A stretch of DNA of 63,774 bases, counting the filler, from Octopus bimaculoides (lineage: Eukaryota), in NCBI RefSeq assembly GCF_001194135.2. It is 6 parts of 4 records of this genome, joined end to end, with 100 filler letters (N's around TTAATTAATTAA, not from the genome) between each part and the next. Parts side by side here need not be neighbours in the genome. Positions count along the whole stretch, not along the records: positions 1 to 6,194 come from NC_068984.1; positions 6,295 to 19,084 come from NC_068987.1; 4 more parts are not named here. One strand, 5' to 3'. The notes under the pieces were generated by a model that saw only the letters and a list, made by a program, of their open reading frames with translations, made no database searches and was not told where the DNA came from. Positions within the stretch are counted from its first letter, which is position 1. Each line of letters begins with the position of its first letter. The position numbers and the translations under genes are program-made. Of this stretch, positions 1 through 11,240 are shown piece by piece.

Positions 1-52
<52 letters not shown>

Positions 53-254
53 GTCTTTAAGTCATTCGGACTGAATTGCTTTGTATCTAATTTTAGCAGC
101 TTTTTGATAGCGTTAAGTAAAATTAATATTTATGTTTATTTGAGAGCGTATTGTTATGTCATCTTATTCATTCTTCAACAACTTTTCAACACATCATTTT
201 TATATTTAATGACAACCGGACATTCTTATCTCATCCACACTGCCCAGTTACAAG

Positions 255-420
255 TATTTTAACACACAAAACTTATTGATGGATATCACAATGGAATGAT
301 ACAAAGTTCGGAAGGGATTCATCTTTTCTGCAGAGGGCAATAAACACTTTGATACCACCAATCACCGATTGTGCCCCATCAGTAGTGTTCACAGAGAGCT
401 TGTGCAGAGGCATATCACTT
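255..420 (-). pseudogene. hAT (Buster/Charlie/SPIN-like) transposase relic
   Basis: Manual minus-strand translation gives SDMPLHKLSVNTTDGAQSVIGGIKVFIALCRKDESLPNFVSFHCDIHQ*VLCVKIL. This contains the TTDGA catalytic-D motif and the HCxxHQxxLC motif of hAT transposases, with one in-frame stop. Confidence 0.8.
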
Positions 421-1047
421 ACTATCTATTGCATATAGTTTGAATACGTTTTGAATATAATCACCTGTTGTCAGTGGCGTCGCTAATAGCGGAGCAAGGG
501 GAGTGATCGTTCCCTCCGAGCACAATTTTCGAAATTGGCACCTTTTCAACAATTTAATTCACTTGCGCGATAAAAGTCGAATCATTTTTTGTTTTTTTCT
601 TTAATCGCTTGGTCTTGGAAGAACTTCCTGGTGTCATTACTTTATTTGACCAGCCTTCCGTCTTTTTGAACTGTCTGTTGAATCTCCTGTTATGTACTGA
701 TGGTTGCTAACATCTGAAGAACCAAAAGTAACCCTGACGTCATAACCTCTCGACACAGGACGATCCCATGGAGTTTCATCTTTTCGCCACACCTTTACCA
801 GTAGTTGAAAGTTTCATACATTTCGACATTGTTACTGAAACATGGAATTAATGAATGTAGAACACAATTATCGTATATTATAACTAATGAAATAGTTCGT
901 GTAATATAAGAGAAATGAGCTAAAAACTGTTTGGTTTGTGTCACGGAGCCTTTTAATTTTATGCACTCGCTCTTACTGATTTTAGAACTAGGCTACATAC
1001 ACCTCTACTTGTTGTTTACCATTTCGTAGGTAATATTTCCAATTGCT

Positions 1048-1229
1048 AAGGCTGCGAAATGCTTAGCGGTATTTCGTCTGTCTTTACATTCTGAGTTCAA
1101 ATTCCGTCGAGGTCGACTTTGCATTTCATCCTCTCGGGGGTCGATAAATTAAGTACCAGTTGCGTACTGGAGTCGATCTAATCGACTGCCTCCAAAAAAA
1201 TTTCGGGCCTTGTGCCTAGAGTAGAAAAG
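1048..1229 (+). mobile_element. tRNA-derived SINE family A (Deu/Nin-like domain), head internally deleted
   Basis: Contains GAGTTCAAATTCC (B box) and GGTCGACTTTGC.TTTCATCCT..CGGGGGTCGATAAATTAAGTACCAG. Flanked by a 16-bp TSD with one mismatch: aatatttccaattgct (1032-1047) and aatatttccagttgct (1230-1245). Confidence 0.85.
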
Positions 1230-1416
1230 AATATTTCCAGTTGCTTGCTATTGTATGTTTAATATGTAGAATAATTAATAAGAGAAAGAGTTATCTTCAA
1301 CAAAGTTTATTTAGTAACACTAGACGTTTTTAATATGCCTAATGTACAATTTGTTTAATGCATGTGAAACCCAAGAAAAAAAATGACATTACCAAAAATA
1401 TCATAGGTGATAGATT

Positions 1417-1737
1417 GGCGGAGGCATAGCTGTGTAGTTAAGAAGTTCGCTTTGCAGCCACATATGATTGCGGGTTCAGTCCCTCTGCGTGGCAGCTTGG
1501 TTTAGTTTTTTTCTGCCAACCAATGCTTTATGAGTGAATTGGAAGGAAACTGTCTGGAAGCCGGTTTTGTGTGTGCGTATGGGTGTTTGTGTATGTACCC
1601 AACTACCGTGTGACAACCGATGCTGGTTTGTTTATATCTCCGTAACCTAGTAGTTCTACAAAAAGAAGCGTTAAAATAAGTACCGGAGTCAAACAGTTCG
1701 AAGAAACCCTTGAAGGTAGCGATTCCGCATGGCCGCC
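1417..1737 (+). mobile_element. Degenerate CORE-like SINE family B
   Basis: Head (gctgtgtagttaagaag..gggttcagtccc) and 3' half (gacaaccgatgctggtttgttta..ataagtacc..gcatggccgc) align by eye to the intact copy at 63354-63752. Confidence 0.7.
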
Positions 1738-2799
1738 ATTCCCGTCGGTAAGTGCACTGGATGGCACTACCTCCTCATTATTCAATGGTACATCCTAAGA
1801 TTTAGAAAATACATTTTACAAAAATCTTCCCGCAATACATATTAGTGCCCGCCTAGAATATTCTGAAGCACCCCCAGAACTAAAGTCTGGTAACGCGCCT
1901 GATGGCCGCAGTCTATTAACTGAAAGAAGTAAAAGATAAACGAAGAATAAAACATCGAGTTTAAAATCGAATCTCTAGCATCTCCGTTTCCATAATGCAT
2001 TGTTTCTTTTTCTTTTTCTTTTCTAGTAAATCAAATATAAAATTAAACTTTTTTAAACCCCTTATCACAAACTGCCGTCTACGATAATTGGTTGGGGAAA
2101 ATGTCAGCGGTTTTCATTTTCGAACTTAAAACATTCCGGTTGTGAATTCGAAGAAAGTTACCTGCTACATGTTCATCTTTTGTAATGAAGTCACTAAACG
2201 CTATTCTTACCGTAACTCTTACCACAACTATCTGTGTTGTATCTGTTGACTCGTCATATTGTAGTCAGAACCAGTCACATACTACAAAACTATTCGTTAG
2301 CTGAATTTGCATGTCTGTTAAATTACATACATTGTTCATATAAATGGTGGTGTATTATATTAGGAAAAGACTGTACATCTTTTACTAATATTATCTCTCG
2401 TTTGTTTGAAAATCCAATAAATACGCGCAAGTTACCACCGCCACCGTCACACCGAAATGCTTCTTTTAATAACTCACTTTTCTGGAACGGTTTTTTTCTT
2501 CTTAATTTATTATTGTCTATGTGACAAATGAGAAATTTTGAAAGAAGCAAAAGCGTCGTTTTTAGATTTTACTACGTTTCTAGTATAAAACTGACTGACG
2601 ACCAGATAGACTTGATTTTAGCTGATTTATTTTCTGTTTTCTTATTTTAGATTTAAGTGGGTGGCTATTATTAAAAGAGTGTGATTAGACTGGAAATGAC
2701 ATTCAACATTATTATGTTTGCTATTGCAATAATACTTCCACACAATAATCAAATACATCTTTAAAATAGATGAAATAACAGGCTTCTTTCCATTCCACT

Positions 2800-3210
2800 A
2801 TAAAATTGTACGTTCCTAGCCTTTTATCTACTTGAGCTCTTTTCTCCTTCTGGAGCTTAGGTCATCGTCTTTTCTTTATTGTTTTCGACTCCTGGATGTA
2901 TGGCCTTCATCTCCTAAATCTTGTTAGTTTAGAATTGTCATCGATGCTCTGTATCTTGGCTTTTTCCCCCCTCTAGGTAGGGTTGTTGGCGCTACATGAA
3001 CAAGTGTTTATTTTGGGGAAGAAGTTGTCCATACTAGTCTGTGCTCAATTCTTTTACCTGTCTAGCTGGGGAGGTTCTACCCGGAGCTTGCGCTCTGCTG
3101 GCATAGCTCTCAGGGTCATTGAGACATACGAGCCACGATACCGCAACAAGGACTGGACCTTGTGGTGGTTATCTTTTACCTGGGTCACTCATTTGGGGGT
3201 TAAAAGGTAA
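2800..3210 (-). mobile_element. Possible 5' region of an RTE-like LINE
   Basis: Minus strand contains gtctcaatgaccctgagagctatgcc..ccgggtagaacctcccc, which resembles RTE-clade 5' UTRs. This is recognition from memory only. Confidence 0.3.
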
Positions 3211-3263
3211 AAAAACAAAACACTGTAAAACGTCAAGTCACAAAAAACAAAAACCACTCATTA

Positions 3264-3394
3264 AATATTGGTTTCAAATTTTGGCTCAAGGACAGTAATT
3301 TCAGGGGAGGGGGTAAGTCGATTACATCGAAACCAGTGATCAACTGGTCCTTATCTTATCGACTCCGAAATGATAAAAGGCAAAGTCGACCTCT
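3264..3394 (-). mobile_element. SINE family A, 3' fragment
   Basis: ggtttcaaattttggc..gtcgattacatcga..ttatcgactccgaaatgataaaaggcaaagtcgacctc is the reverse complement of the family A body and tail. Confidence 0.75.
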
Positions 3395-3897
3395 GGTTTT
3401 GGTTCTGGTGTATTTTGAAGAGCCTGCTCAGACCAAGTTAACAACCACTGTCGTTCTTTGGCAGAGTTCGCACATGGGAAAAATATTTCAAGAACAATAT
3501 ACTTCAACCAGTCTCTTTTCTTTTCTAACATGTTATATTCAGAATCAGTTGTCTTGCATAATTTACCGACTATTTACGATGGCAGTAGGTTAATGTTCGA
3601 GGAAGATTTGGATGTAATTTCTTGCAAGTCTAGCTACCACATAGAAGTTTCCTCGCCAGCTTAACTGATTTAGGTAATAATTTGAAATCGTGAGTCAATT
3701 TTAATTTAATGCTTGTAGTTTATTTTAAATAATAAAAACCTCCTTGACACATAGACTGCAATTCTTGAAACCCATTGGTGTATGGTTTGTTTTGTTTGAG
3801 AATATACCAAAAGATGCTAAAACAGTTAATTTTTTTTTTTACATCGCCTATATATAACTTGGAAGTGGCTTCTTTTTCTTTCTGTTTTGAATGTTAG

Positions 3898-4005
3898 ATG
3901 GAATGTTCTAGTAGGAGCGGTTTTCTTCCTAAGAATTGTGCTGAATAAACGACTTTTAAGCCGCTTTTTCTTGGCCTTCAGTAGAGATACCCTGTTGCAC
4001 AGGAG
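3898..4005 (+). CDS. Candidate coding exon of an unidentified gene (phase 2 to 2)
   Basis: Acceptor ttctttttctttctgttttgaatgttag and donor gag|gtaaac. Open frame WNVLVGAVFFLRIVLNKRLLSRFFLAFSRDTLLHR. No family recognised. Confidence 0.25.
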
Positions 4006-4065
4006 GTAAACGGAGAAGCTGTCTGTCAACTGTCAACAACCGTTACTCTGTACCACTCGCGAAAA

Positions 4066-4688
4066 TTTTTCCCCACGAGAGTTCCGGACCCCTGTTATGA
4101 ACCATTTGCATGTAGCCAATCAGAGCTCAACTATCAAGCTAATTCATGAGTGCATAACAAGTGATGGGCGATAAGATAAGGTCCCTTGGCTGAGGAATGA
4201 CCATGCTTCTTTTCTCTTTTAATAATGTTTCTTGATCTTGTTCTTGTTTCAACCATGGCTGCCTCTGCGTAGTTATTTGTGTTGTGGTTTACTTCTTAAA
4301 ACAGCAAGGGGATAGGGTTTCTAGCACATCNNNNNNNNNNAGTTATTTGTGTTGTGGTTTACTTCTTAAAACAGCAAGGTGATAGGGTTTCTAGCACATC
4401 ACCCTCTACCCACATTTTTCCCATCCACATCTTTACCATATGCCCCATATGGTAAAGATGTGGATGGGAAAATCCGATAATAGGTATAGATGCAAATCTA
4501 TCTAATTACTTGTTTCCTTTCTAAGATCAAGCATAACTTGGCGATCGGTCGACTTACAACACCGTTCTTCGTCTTGAGTTTACTTGGTAGAGTGTGTTTG
4601 TTAACTTGACAACAAGGTGAAGGTGAGCTCTGATTGATTGTATGTAAATGAGTTCATTACTGGGGTCCGGAACTCTCGTGGGAAAAAA
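4066..4688. mobile_element. Unclassified non-autonomous TIR element (about 64-bp inverted ends)
   Basis: 4066-4129 and 4624-4688 are inverted repeats with a perfect 21-bp core, cccacgagagttccggacccc. Confidence 0.7.
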
Positions 4689-5021
4689 TCCCGTTCCGCT
4701 CAAGTGTATAGAAACATAGAAGCTTCTAGCACATACGGATCTGCTCCCGTCGCCGGACCCTTTATCGACGCCAGCCTCCAGAGATCAAATATACATATTT
4801 AAACAAAACGACATCGGTACAATGAAGCCTTAAATTGGTGGTGGGGGTGCACATTTTCCAACATCACCATGTTGAAAAATGTTGACTGTGAAAGACTATA
4901 GATCTAATGAAAACGTAGATCCAAAACTGGGACCTACCATCAGTTGCAGAAGATTATAGAAAATAGAATCTGTTGGAAAACACCTCATAGGTGACCATCA
5001 TAGGTTTTTCCTTTTTCTCAG

Positions 5022-5090
5022 TGTGTTCCCCCAACTTTGCCAGCGATAAAGTAAGCAAGGCAGCGGTTCGCCAAGTACATGTTCATCAAG
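5022..5090 (+). CDS. Candidate coding exon (69 nt, phase 1 to 1; alternative acceptor at 5044)
   Basis: Strong acceptor ggtttttcctttttctcag and donor aag|gtgaga. Open frame CSPNFASDKVSKAAVRQVHVHQ. Confidence 0.4.
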
Positions 5091-5392
5091 GTGAGACTGC
5101 ACATTCTATCTCTGTAACCCAGTAATGCTTCCAAATCCTCTGATATATTCTCTTTTAGCTGTGGTCACGGGGTAAGCTGAACTGCCAGGAGTTTTGGTAA
5201 GAGGAAGAAAGACTGAGACTTACACATATTACTCTGGTAAGAAAGACTTAGAAGTACACAATGTGTTGTTCTCCGGTTCAACACAAGAAAGCGATAACTA
5301 TAAAAGTTTTGCAAGCAGCGGGGAATTTAACCATGCTCACTTCTCAAATACACATTATTGTACAAGGCAGATCATACTGAACTGCTACACTC

Positions 5393-5427
<35 letters not shown>

Positions 5428-5456
5428 GCGCACGCACGCACACACACACATGCATA

Positions 5457-5690
5457 AGGCAGCGAGCTGGCAGAAACGTTAGCACGCCGGGCGAAATGCT
5501 TAGCGGTGTTTCGTCTGCCGTTACGTTCTGAGTTCAAATTTCCGCCGAGGTCGACTTTGCCTTTTATCCTTTCGGGGTCGATTAAATAAGTACCAGTTAC
5601 GCACTGGGGTCGATATAATCGACTTAACCCGTTTGTCTGACCTTGTTTGTCCCCTCTGTGTGTAGCCCCATTTGGGCAGTAAAGAAATAA
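5457..5690 (+). mobile_element. SINE family A, full length, tail variant 1
   Basis: Head aggcagcgagctggcagaaacgttagcacgccgggcg, B box, Nin-like domain, and tail gtcccctctgtgtgtagcccc..gggcagtaaagaaataa. Confidence 0.9.
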
Positions 5691-6013
5691 CACACACATA
5701 TGCATACACACATGCACAAAGACACATGCACACATGCACAAAGATACATGCACACATGCTCATACACAGACGACTCAGACACATACATATACATGCTTAG
5801 AGCCCTCCACACACATTTATAAATACTTATACACACGCACGCACACACACACACACACACACAACAACAACAACAACAACAACAGCAACAACCTTCAAGT
5901 GTACCACATTGTAAGTCATTAAAACACTTGCTTTAAATCTGAAATTGGTTCCAGATTCATTTGAAAAGAAAACCCTCTCCCTCCCTCTCTCACTCTCTAT
6001 CCCCCTCTATCTG

Positions 6014-6058
<45 letters not shown>

Positions 6059-6194
6059 TACTAACTCACACACCTGCCCACACACACATCATCTCCACCA
6101 CCACCGCTATTTCCATCGTCAACACCACCGCAACTGCATCTTCACCAATCAGGAAAGTTTCATGGCCATCAACAATTCCACCACCACCACCACC

Positions 6195-6294
6195 NNNNNN
6201 NNNNNNNNNNNNNNNNNNNNNNNNNNNNNNNNNNNNNNTTAATTAATTAANNNNNNNNNNNNNNNNNNNNNNNNNNNNNNNNNNNNNNNNNNNN
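6195..6294. other. Artificial 100-bp scaffold linker (N44-TTAATTAATTAA-N44)
   Basis: The same 44N + 12 bp + 44N structure recurs at 19085-19184, 41243-41342, 47414-47513 and 62431-62530. The 12-mer has stops in all six frames. Confidence 0.95.
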
Positions 6295-6668
6295 GAAGAC
6301 CTGTCGAGGCAAGTGAAATCCAAATTGAAATCGAAATAAATTCGACGACTGGCCCCCATGCCAACGTCTCCTCCATTGGACACTAAACTCTGCTTGCGAA
6401 GACCTGTGGGGCAAGCGAAAGCGAAATCGTGATGGCACCACCTTTCGAGCGTGATCGTTACCAGCGTCGCCTTCCTAGCACTTGTGCTGCTGCTTCACAT
6501 TCCTGGCACTTGTCCCAGTGGCACGTGAAAAGTCATTCAAGTGACATCGTTGCCAGTGCCGCTGGACTGGCTCCTGTGCAGGTGGCACGTAAAATACACC
6601 ATTTTGATCATGGCCATTGCCAGTACCGCCTGACTGGCCTTTGTGCCAGTGGCACGTAAAAGCACCCA
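6295..6668 (+). mobile_element. RTE-clade LINE 3' UTR fragment
   Basis: Contains repeated gtggcacgt(a/g)aaa units, matching the 3' UTR that follows the RTE ORF remnant at 16556-16813. Confidence 0.8.
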
Positions 6669-6928
6669 CTTGTGAGTGGATTTGGTAGACAAAAACTGAA
6701 AGAAGCCCGTCGTATATCTGTATGTTTGTCTGTGTTTGTCCCCCCACATCGCTTGACAGCTGATGCTGGTGTGTTTACGTTCCCATAACTTAGCGGTTCG
6801 GCAAAAGAGACCGACAGTATAAGTACTAGGCTTACAAAGAATAAGTCCTGGGGTCAATTTGCTCGACTAAAAGGTGATGCTCCAGCATGGCCGCAGTCAA
6901 ATGACTGAAACAAGTAAAAGAGTAAAAG
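6669..6928 (+). mobile_element. SINE family B, 5'-truncated
   Basis: ttgtgagtggatttggtagac..ctgaaagaagcccgtcg..cagcatggccgcagtcaaatgactgaaacaagtaaaagag matches the copy at 63354-63752. Confidence 0.9.
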
Positions 6929-7229
6929 AAAGGTGCCATGCTCATGGAACTGAACCCAAAACCACATGGTTGCAAAGTAGGCTTTTTATACTTCTTCAGG
7001 CTGTGGTCTCCATTATCCAGTGTGTCCTTCCATTTTTAAAACCTTAGAGTGAAGTTCCAGGGGGAGATTTGACTACCTTTTCTAATATGTTGTTCCCAAA
7101 CCCCTATAGAAGACCTCTCATTATCTAGTAATCTCTCTCTCATATAAAACGACCCCAAATTTCTCATGTTCACCCACTGAAATCGTTGAATATTTTTTTC
7201 TATTTTTCAGAATTTAAATTTTAATCCAG

Positions 7230-7392
7230 AAGATAAATTAGAGGACATATTTGGTGACTTGTGTGCGTTCACGCCACGTCCATCATCCGATCATAATTTC
7301 CAGTCGTCAATGAGCAAGTTTTTCTTGACACCAGTGTCAGAAAGGCACACACCAACTTCATCGTACTCAGACATGGAAGTCAAAATAGACTG
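7230..7392 (+). CDS. Candidate coding exon (phase 1 to 2; alternative acceptor at 7211)
   Basis: Acceptors tttttcag (7210) and ttttaatccag (7229), donor tg|gtaggg. Open frame EDKLEDIFGDLCAFTPRPSSDHNFQSSMSKFFLTPVSERHTPTSSYSDMEVKID, phase-compatible with 5022-5090. Confidence 0.45.
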
Positions 7393-7619
7393 GTAGGGGG
7401 CTTTTGATGTTGTAATTAAAATGTTTGTAGTCCCGCTTTGATGCTACTTTGGTGCATGGCATGGTTATATATGGAGTGTGGTGGGGGGGGNNNNNNNNNN
7501 GGGGGGGGGTTCACTTTGTAACCAAGTGGCTTTGGGTTCAATCCTATTGCCTGTGTCTGTGTGTCTTCTATCCAATTCCTCATGCATGGAATTTTCAGGC
7601 AAGCATTATGGAAGTTCAG

Positions 7620-7922
7620 GCACAGGCATGGCTGTGTGGTTCAGAAACTTGCTTCCTAACCACGTGGCCTTGGTTTCAGTTCCACTTTGGGCAAGCATCT
7701 TCTATTATAGGCTTTGGATGTAGATTTGGTAGACGGAAATTAAAATTGAATGTAGCCTACTGTGTGTATGTATGTATGTATGTATATGTGTGTGTGTTTG
7801 TGTCTTCATGTTAGTGTTTGTCCCATATCACCAACTGACAATTGGGGTTGATTTCTTGGCCTAAATTCTTCAAGGCAGTGGCCCAGCATGGCCACAATCC
7901 AATGATTGAAGCAAGAAGAAGG
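7620..7922 (+). mobile_element. Degenerate SINE family B
   Basis: ggcatggctgtgtggtt..ttgggcaagcatcttcta..tttggtagacggaaa..ccagcatggccacaatccaatgattgaa. Confidence 0.7.
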
Positions 7923-8370
7923 TAAAATATACATACATGCATATATATAATGTGTGTGTGTGTTCATATTTGTATATGTGTGTGTATGTCTATGATGTAT
8001 GTATGTGTGTGTAAATATGTATGTACGTATGTATGTATACATGTGTGTGTATGTGTGCATGCTTATGTGCGTGTGTGTGTGTGTGTCTGCATTCCGTGTG
8101 AACAGTAGTCCTTATAGCCCTGCACTTTCAAAAGTCTTGTGGAATTTTTCGAAAATCCCCTACTTGTAAATAAATAAGGGCTGGCAACAGAATGGGCACC
8201 AAACTGCAAAAAAAAAACAAAAAAAAAACTACCTCAAATAAGTATCCATCTAACCCATGCCGGCTTCAATATTAACTGATGTAAAGTGAATAAACACACT
8301 GTTGTACTATATTGATATAGGCTATTGTAGTGTACTACAGATGTTATGTAGTATATTATATATATATATA

Positions 8371-8950
8371 CACAGAAATGCAAAAAATAAATAGACACCT
8401 TTAATTTTCAAAATCTCTCATTTGATATTAATTGGTTGAAGGAGAGGTTTTCTTCTAGCTGCTCGTCCATAATACATAAGCTTATGCAGATATGTAACAC
8501 ACGTTCTTGGACTAACTTTTAGCTGTTTTGCAATGTCAGAAGCCTTTGAATGGGGTTCGTTTTCCACAATTCTCTTCAAACAATAAAGCTTCCTTTCCGA
8601 GGGCTCAGGTCGGCGGGGACAAGAATCTGTTGATTCTTTTCCTTGGCTTTTGAATTGCACTATAATTCTATTAATAGTAGCAAGAGGAATTTGAAGAATT
8701 TCGGCAATTTTTCGCTGGCTAAGACCAGCCTCAGATTGCCCAACAATACGACCTCTTTGAAAATCTGATACTTTCTGCTGATTTTTTTTTTGTGCGTGGC
8801 ATGGTTACTCTTCACAAATGTTTAATATAATGGCACCTGGAATGAAAAAGAATAATTACATTGTAAATTCTACACCGCTGAAAACATATTAAGATGCTTA
8901 GATCAGAAACTTAGAAAATTAAAGGTGTCTATTTACTTCCTGCACGTCTA
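8371..8950 (-). mobile_element. Tc1-like transposon deletion derivative retaining both TIRs and the N-terminal DNA-binding region
   Basis: Perfect 22-bp inverted repeat taaatagacacctttaattttc at 8388-8409 and 8914-8935. Minus strand from ATG 8802 reads MPRTK/fs/[45 protein letters not shown], typical of Tc1 paired-like HTH domains. Confidence 0.85.
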
Positions 8951-9489
8951 TGTAGACTCTTGTAGTTTAATATTGTTGTCTGCTGATAGTATAGATTGCC
9001 GTTGTGTTGTTGGTTCCATTGTAGTTTTTTTAATGCTTTTCTAGATTGTTGTTTTAACGTGTCTATTCGATATCTGTTGTAGTGAGGTAATGTTATATAG
9101 TAGTAAAAGCAGTCTGTATATCTTACTTAATGTGGGACATACTGTATAAACCCACACAGCTTTGGTATTCGTCTTGAGAAAAGAGAGGCACAGACTAATC
9201 TTGATGTAGTAATTCCACCACCGCTGCTGGATGCTTTTCATCTGCTACTGATAGACTTCTTTGCTTTTTAGTATACTATATCTACACAAGATGCTTTCTT
9301 GAGATAAATACCAGTTTTCTGGCTTTCTATGGTATGTCCACATTAAGTAAGGTATACAGAATACAATTTTGAACTAATACGCCTTCCATCACTAATAGTG
9401 AATTAATTACTCAGCCTGTCAGTTATTTGTAACACTAGTGATTTGTTAGTCACTGATTTTCTATATCAGTTGAGGCTAAATTTGTCTAG

Positions 9490-9921
9490 GTGTCACGTAA
9501 CTGGCACTATACAGCCGATGCTGGTGTCATGTAACTGGTGCCGGTGGCACGTAAAGAGCACTTTTCAAGCATTGGGTCACATGGAGGCAAAGTGGCTGAG
9601 TTCCTTTCGAGCATTGAGCCTCATGAAGGCAATGACCAGGACCTTCAGCATTATTTCGCCCTTGAGAAGAAGACCCATCAAGCCAAGCAAAATCGTAGCC
9701 ATCGCAGATACTGGTGTCACACAGATGGCACCCATGCTGGTGGCACATAAAAGCACTCATTACACTCTCTGACTGGTTGGCATTAGGAAGAGCATCCAGC
9801 CATAGAAAACCATACCAAATCAGACTGGAGTCTGGTGTGGCCTTCCAGCTTACCAGCCCTGGTCAAACTGTCCAGTCCATGCTAGTATGGACTATGGATG
9901 TTAAATGATGATGATGATGAC
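9490..9921 (+). mobile_element. RTE-tail element (LINE 3' end or RTE-dependent SINE) ending in (GAT)n
   Basis: ggtggcacataaaagcactcattacactc..gttggcattaggaagagcatccagc..atgttaaatgatgatgatgat, the same tail as 16620-16813. Confidence 0.8.
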
Positions 9922-10914
9922 ATCTATACAAGATGCTTTCCTCAAGAAAAATACCACAGTGTTGTGACTTTCTTACAATGTATCCACATTAAGTAAGATA
10001 TACAGAATGCTGTTTTGAACTAATACTCCTTCCATTGCTAACAACAAATGTAATAGTATGTATATTATATGGACTATTATAGATTAACATTTGCATTGTA
10101 GTGAGTTGTTATGAAATGTCTTATATTGGTTAATATAGACTGGCATTTTTATTGTTGTATTTGTTGTGGATTGTTTAGTGTTTGATGCCAATAATTAGTG
10201 TTGTGTAATGTTCGATGTAGAATACTAGCACAGATGGATATTGTATTGCATGTATTTGTATCTTTTTTATATTAAGTTGAAGTTACATAATGTTTTCGTT
10301 GTTGTGTATCGAATGAAGTGGAAAGCAACAAACTGTCCTTTTAGATGTTGCTTGCCGTTCTTGTTGGCCGCCGTATTCTTGCGTTTAAGGTTATGTTCTG
10401 CATTAAGCCATTTTTATGGCTTTCTGAATACGCCATATCAGATATACAATATCACTCTTTCTCTCTCTCTCTCTCATCCTCTTCCCACCCTTATTCCCCG
10501 TCTTCCCTCGTTATATTTCCTTTCTTTTTGTTCCACTCCCCCCTCGTTCTATTCCCTCTTCTCTCCTTCATTCCCTCTCCCCCTCTTTTCATTGCCCCTC
10601 TTCTTGTTCCATTCTCCCCCCCCTCGTTTTGGCTTTGGTACTTTTTGGCACTGGAGGCACACACACACACACACACACTCATGTGAAAATACAGGCATAC
10701 AGACTGAATGAATGAGGGAGAGAGAGAGAGACATGAGAATTTATTAATTTAACACAATTGACAAACTGTTTCTCTTCATACAATACACATAAAGAGAAAT
10801 ATGCTCACAGACATTGAGAGAGGGAGAGAGAGAGAGAGAGATTAAAATTTATTAATTGAATATGATTAACATAAGCCCCCCCCCCCTCTCCCCACTAATC
10901 TTATCCAAGAAAAA

Positions 10915-11095
10915 AGGCAAAGGCTGATACAGCTTGGCACCTGTGACGTCCGTCGCAACTCATTTCTACAGCTGATTAAACTCGAGCAACATGAAATAAA
11001 GTGTCTTGCTCAAAAACACAACACGCAGTCCAGTCTCGGATTCGAACTCACAACCCTACGGTCGTAAGTTCAACGCTCTAACCACTGAGCCATGC
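10915..11095 (-). mobile_element. tRNA-derived SINE with a Meta-like domain
   Basis: Minus strand gcatggctcagtggttagagcg..gagttcgaatcc (A and B boxes), then tgttgtgtttttgagcaagacactttatttcatgttgctc..cagctgtagaaatgagt. Confidence 0.7.
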
Positions 11096-11126
11096 ATACA
11101 TACATACATAGATATATATATATATA

Positions 11127-11240
11127 TCATCATCATCATCATCATCATCGTTTAACATCCGCTTTCCATGCTAGCATGGGTTGGACGATTCGGATGGCGA
11201 CACCAGGCTCCAATCTGATTTGGCAGAGTTTCTACAGCTG
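11127..11240 (-). mobile_element. RTE 3' tail fragment
   Basis: (TCA)n gtttaacatccgctttccatgctagcatgggttggacg..ggcagagtttctacagctg. Confidence 0.85.

Noticed and set aside
472-1902. cagtggcgtcgct and ggtaacgcgcctg as ends of one transposon
   Set aside because: The ends are not convincingly complementary and there is no TSD.
4271-4400. 60-bp direct repeat (also 32 bp at 12614-12687)
   Set aside because: Each straddles a 10-N gap, typical of unmerged contig or haplotype overlap.
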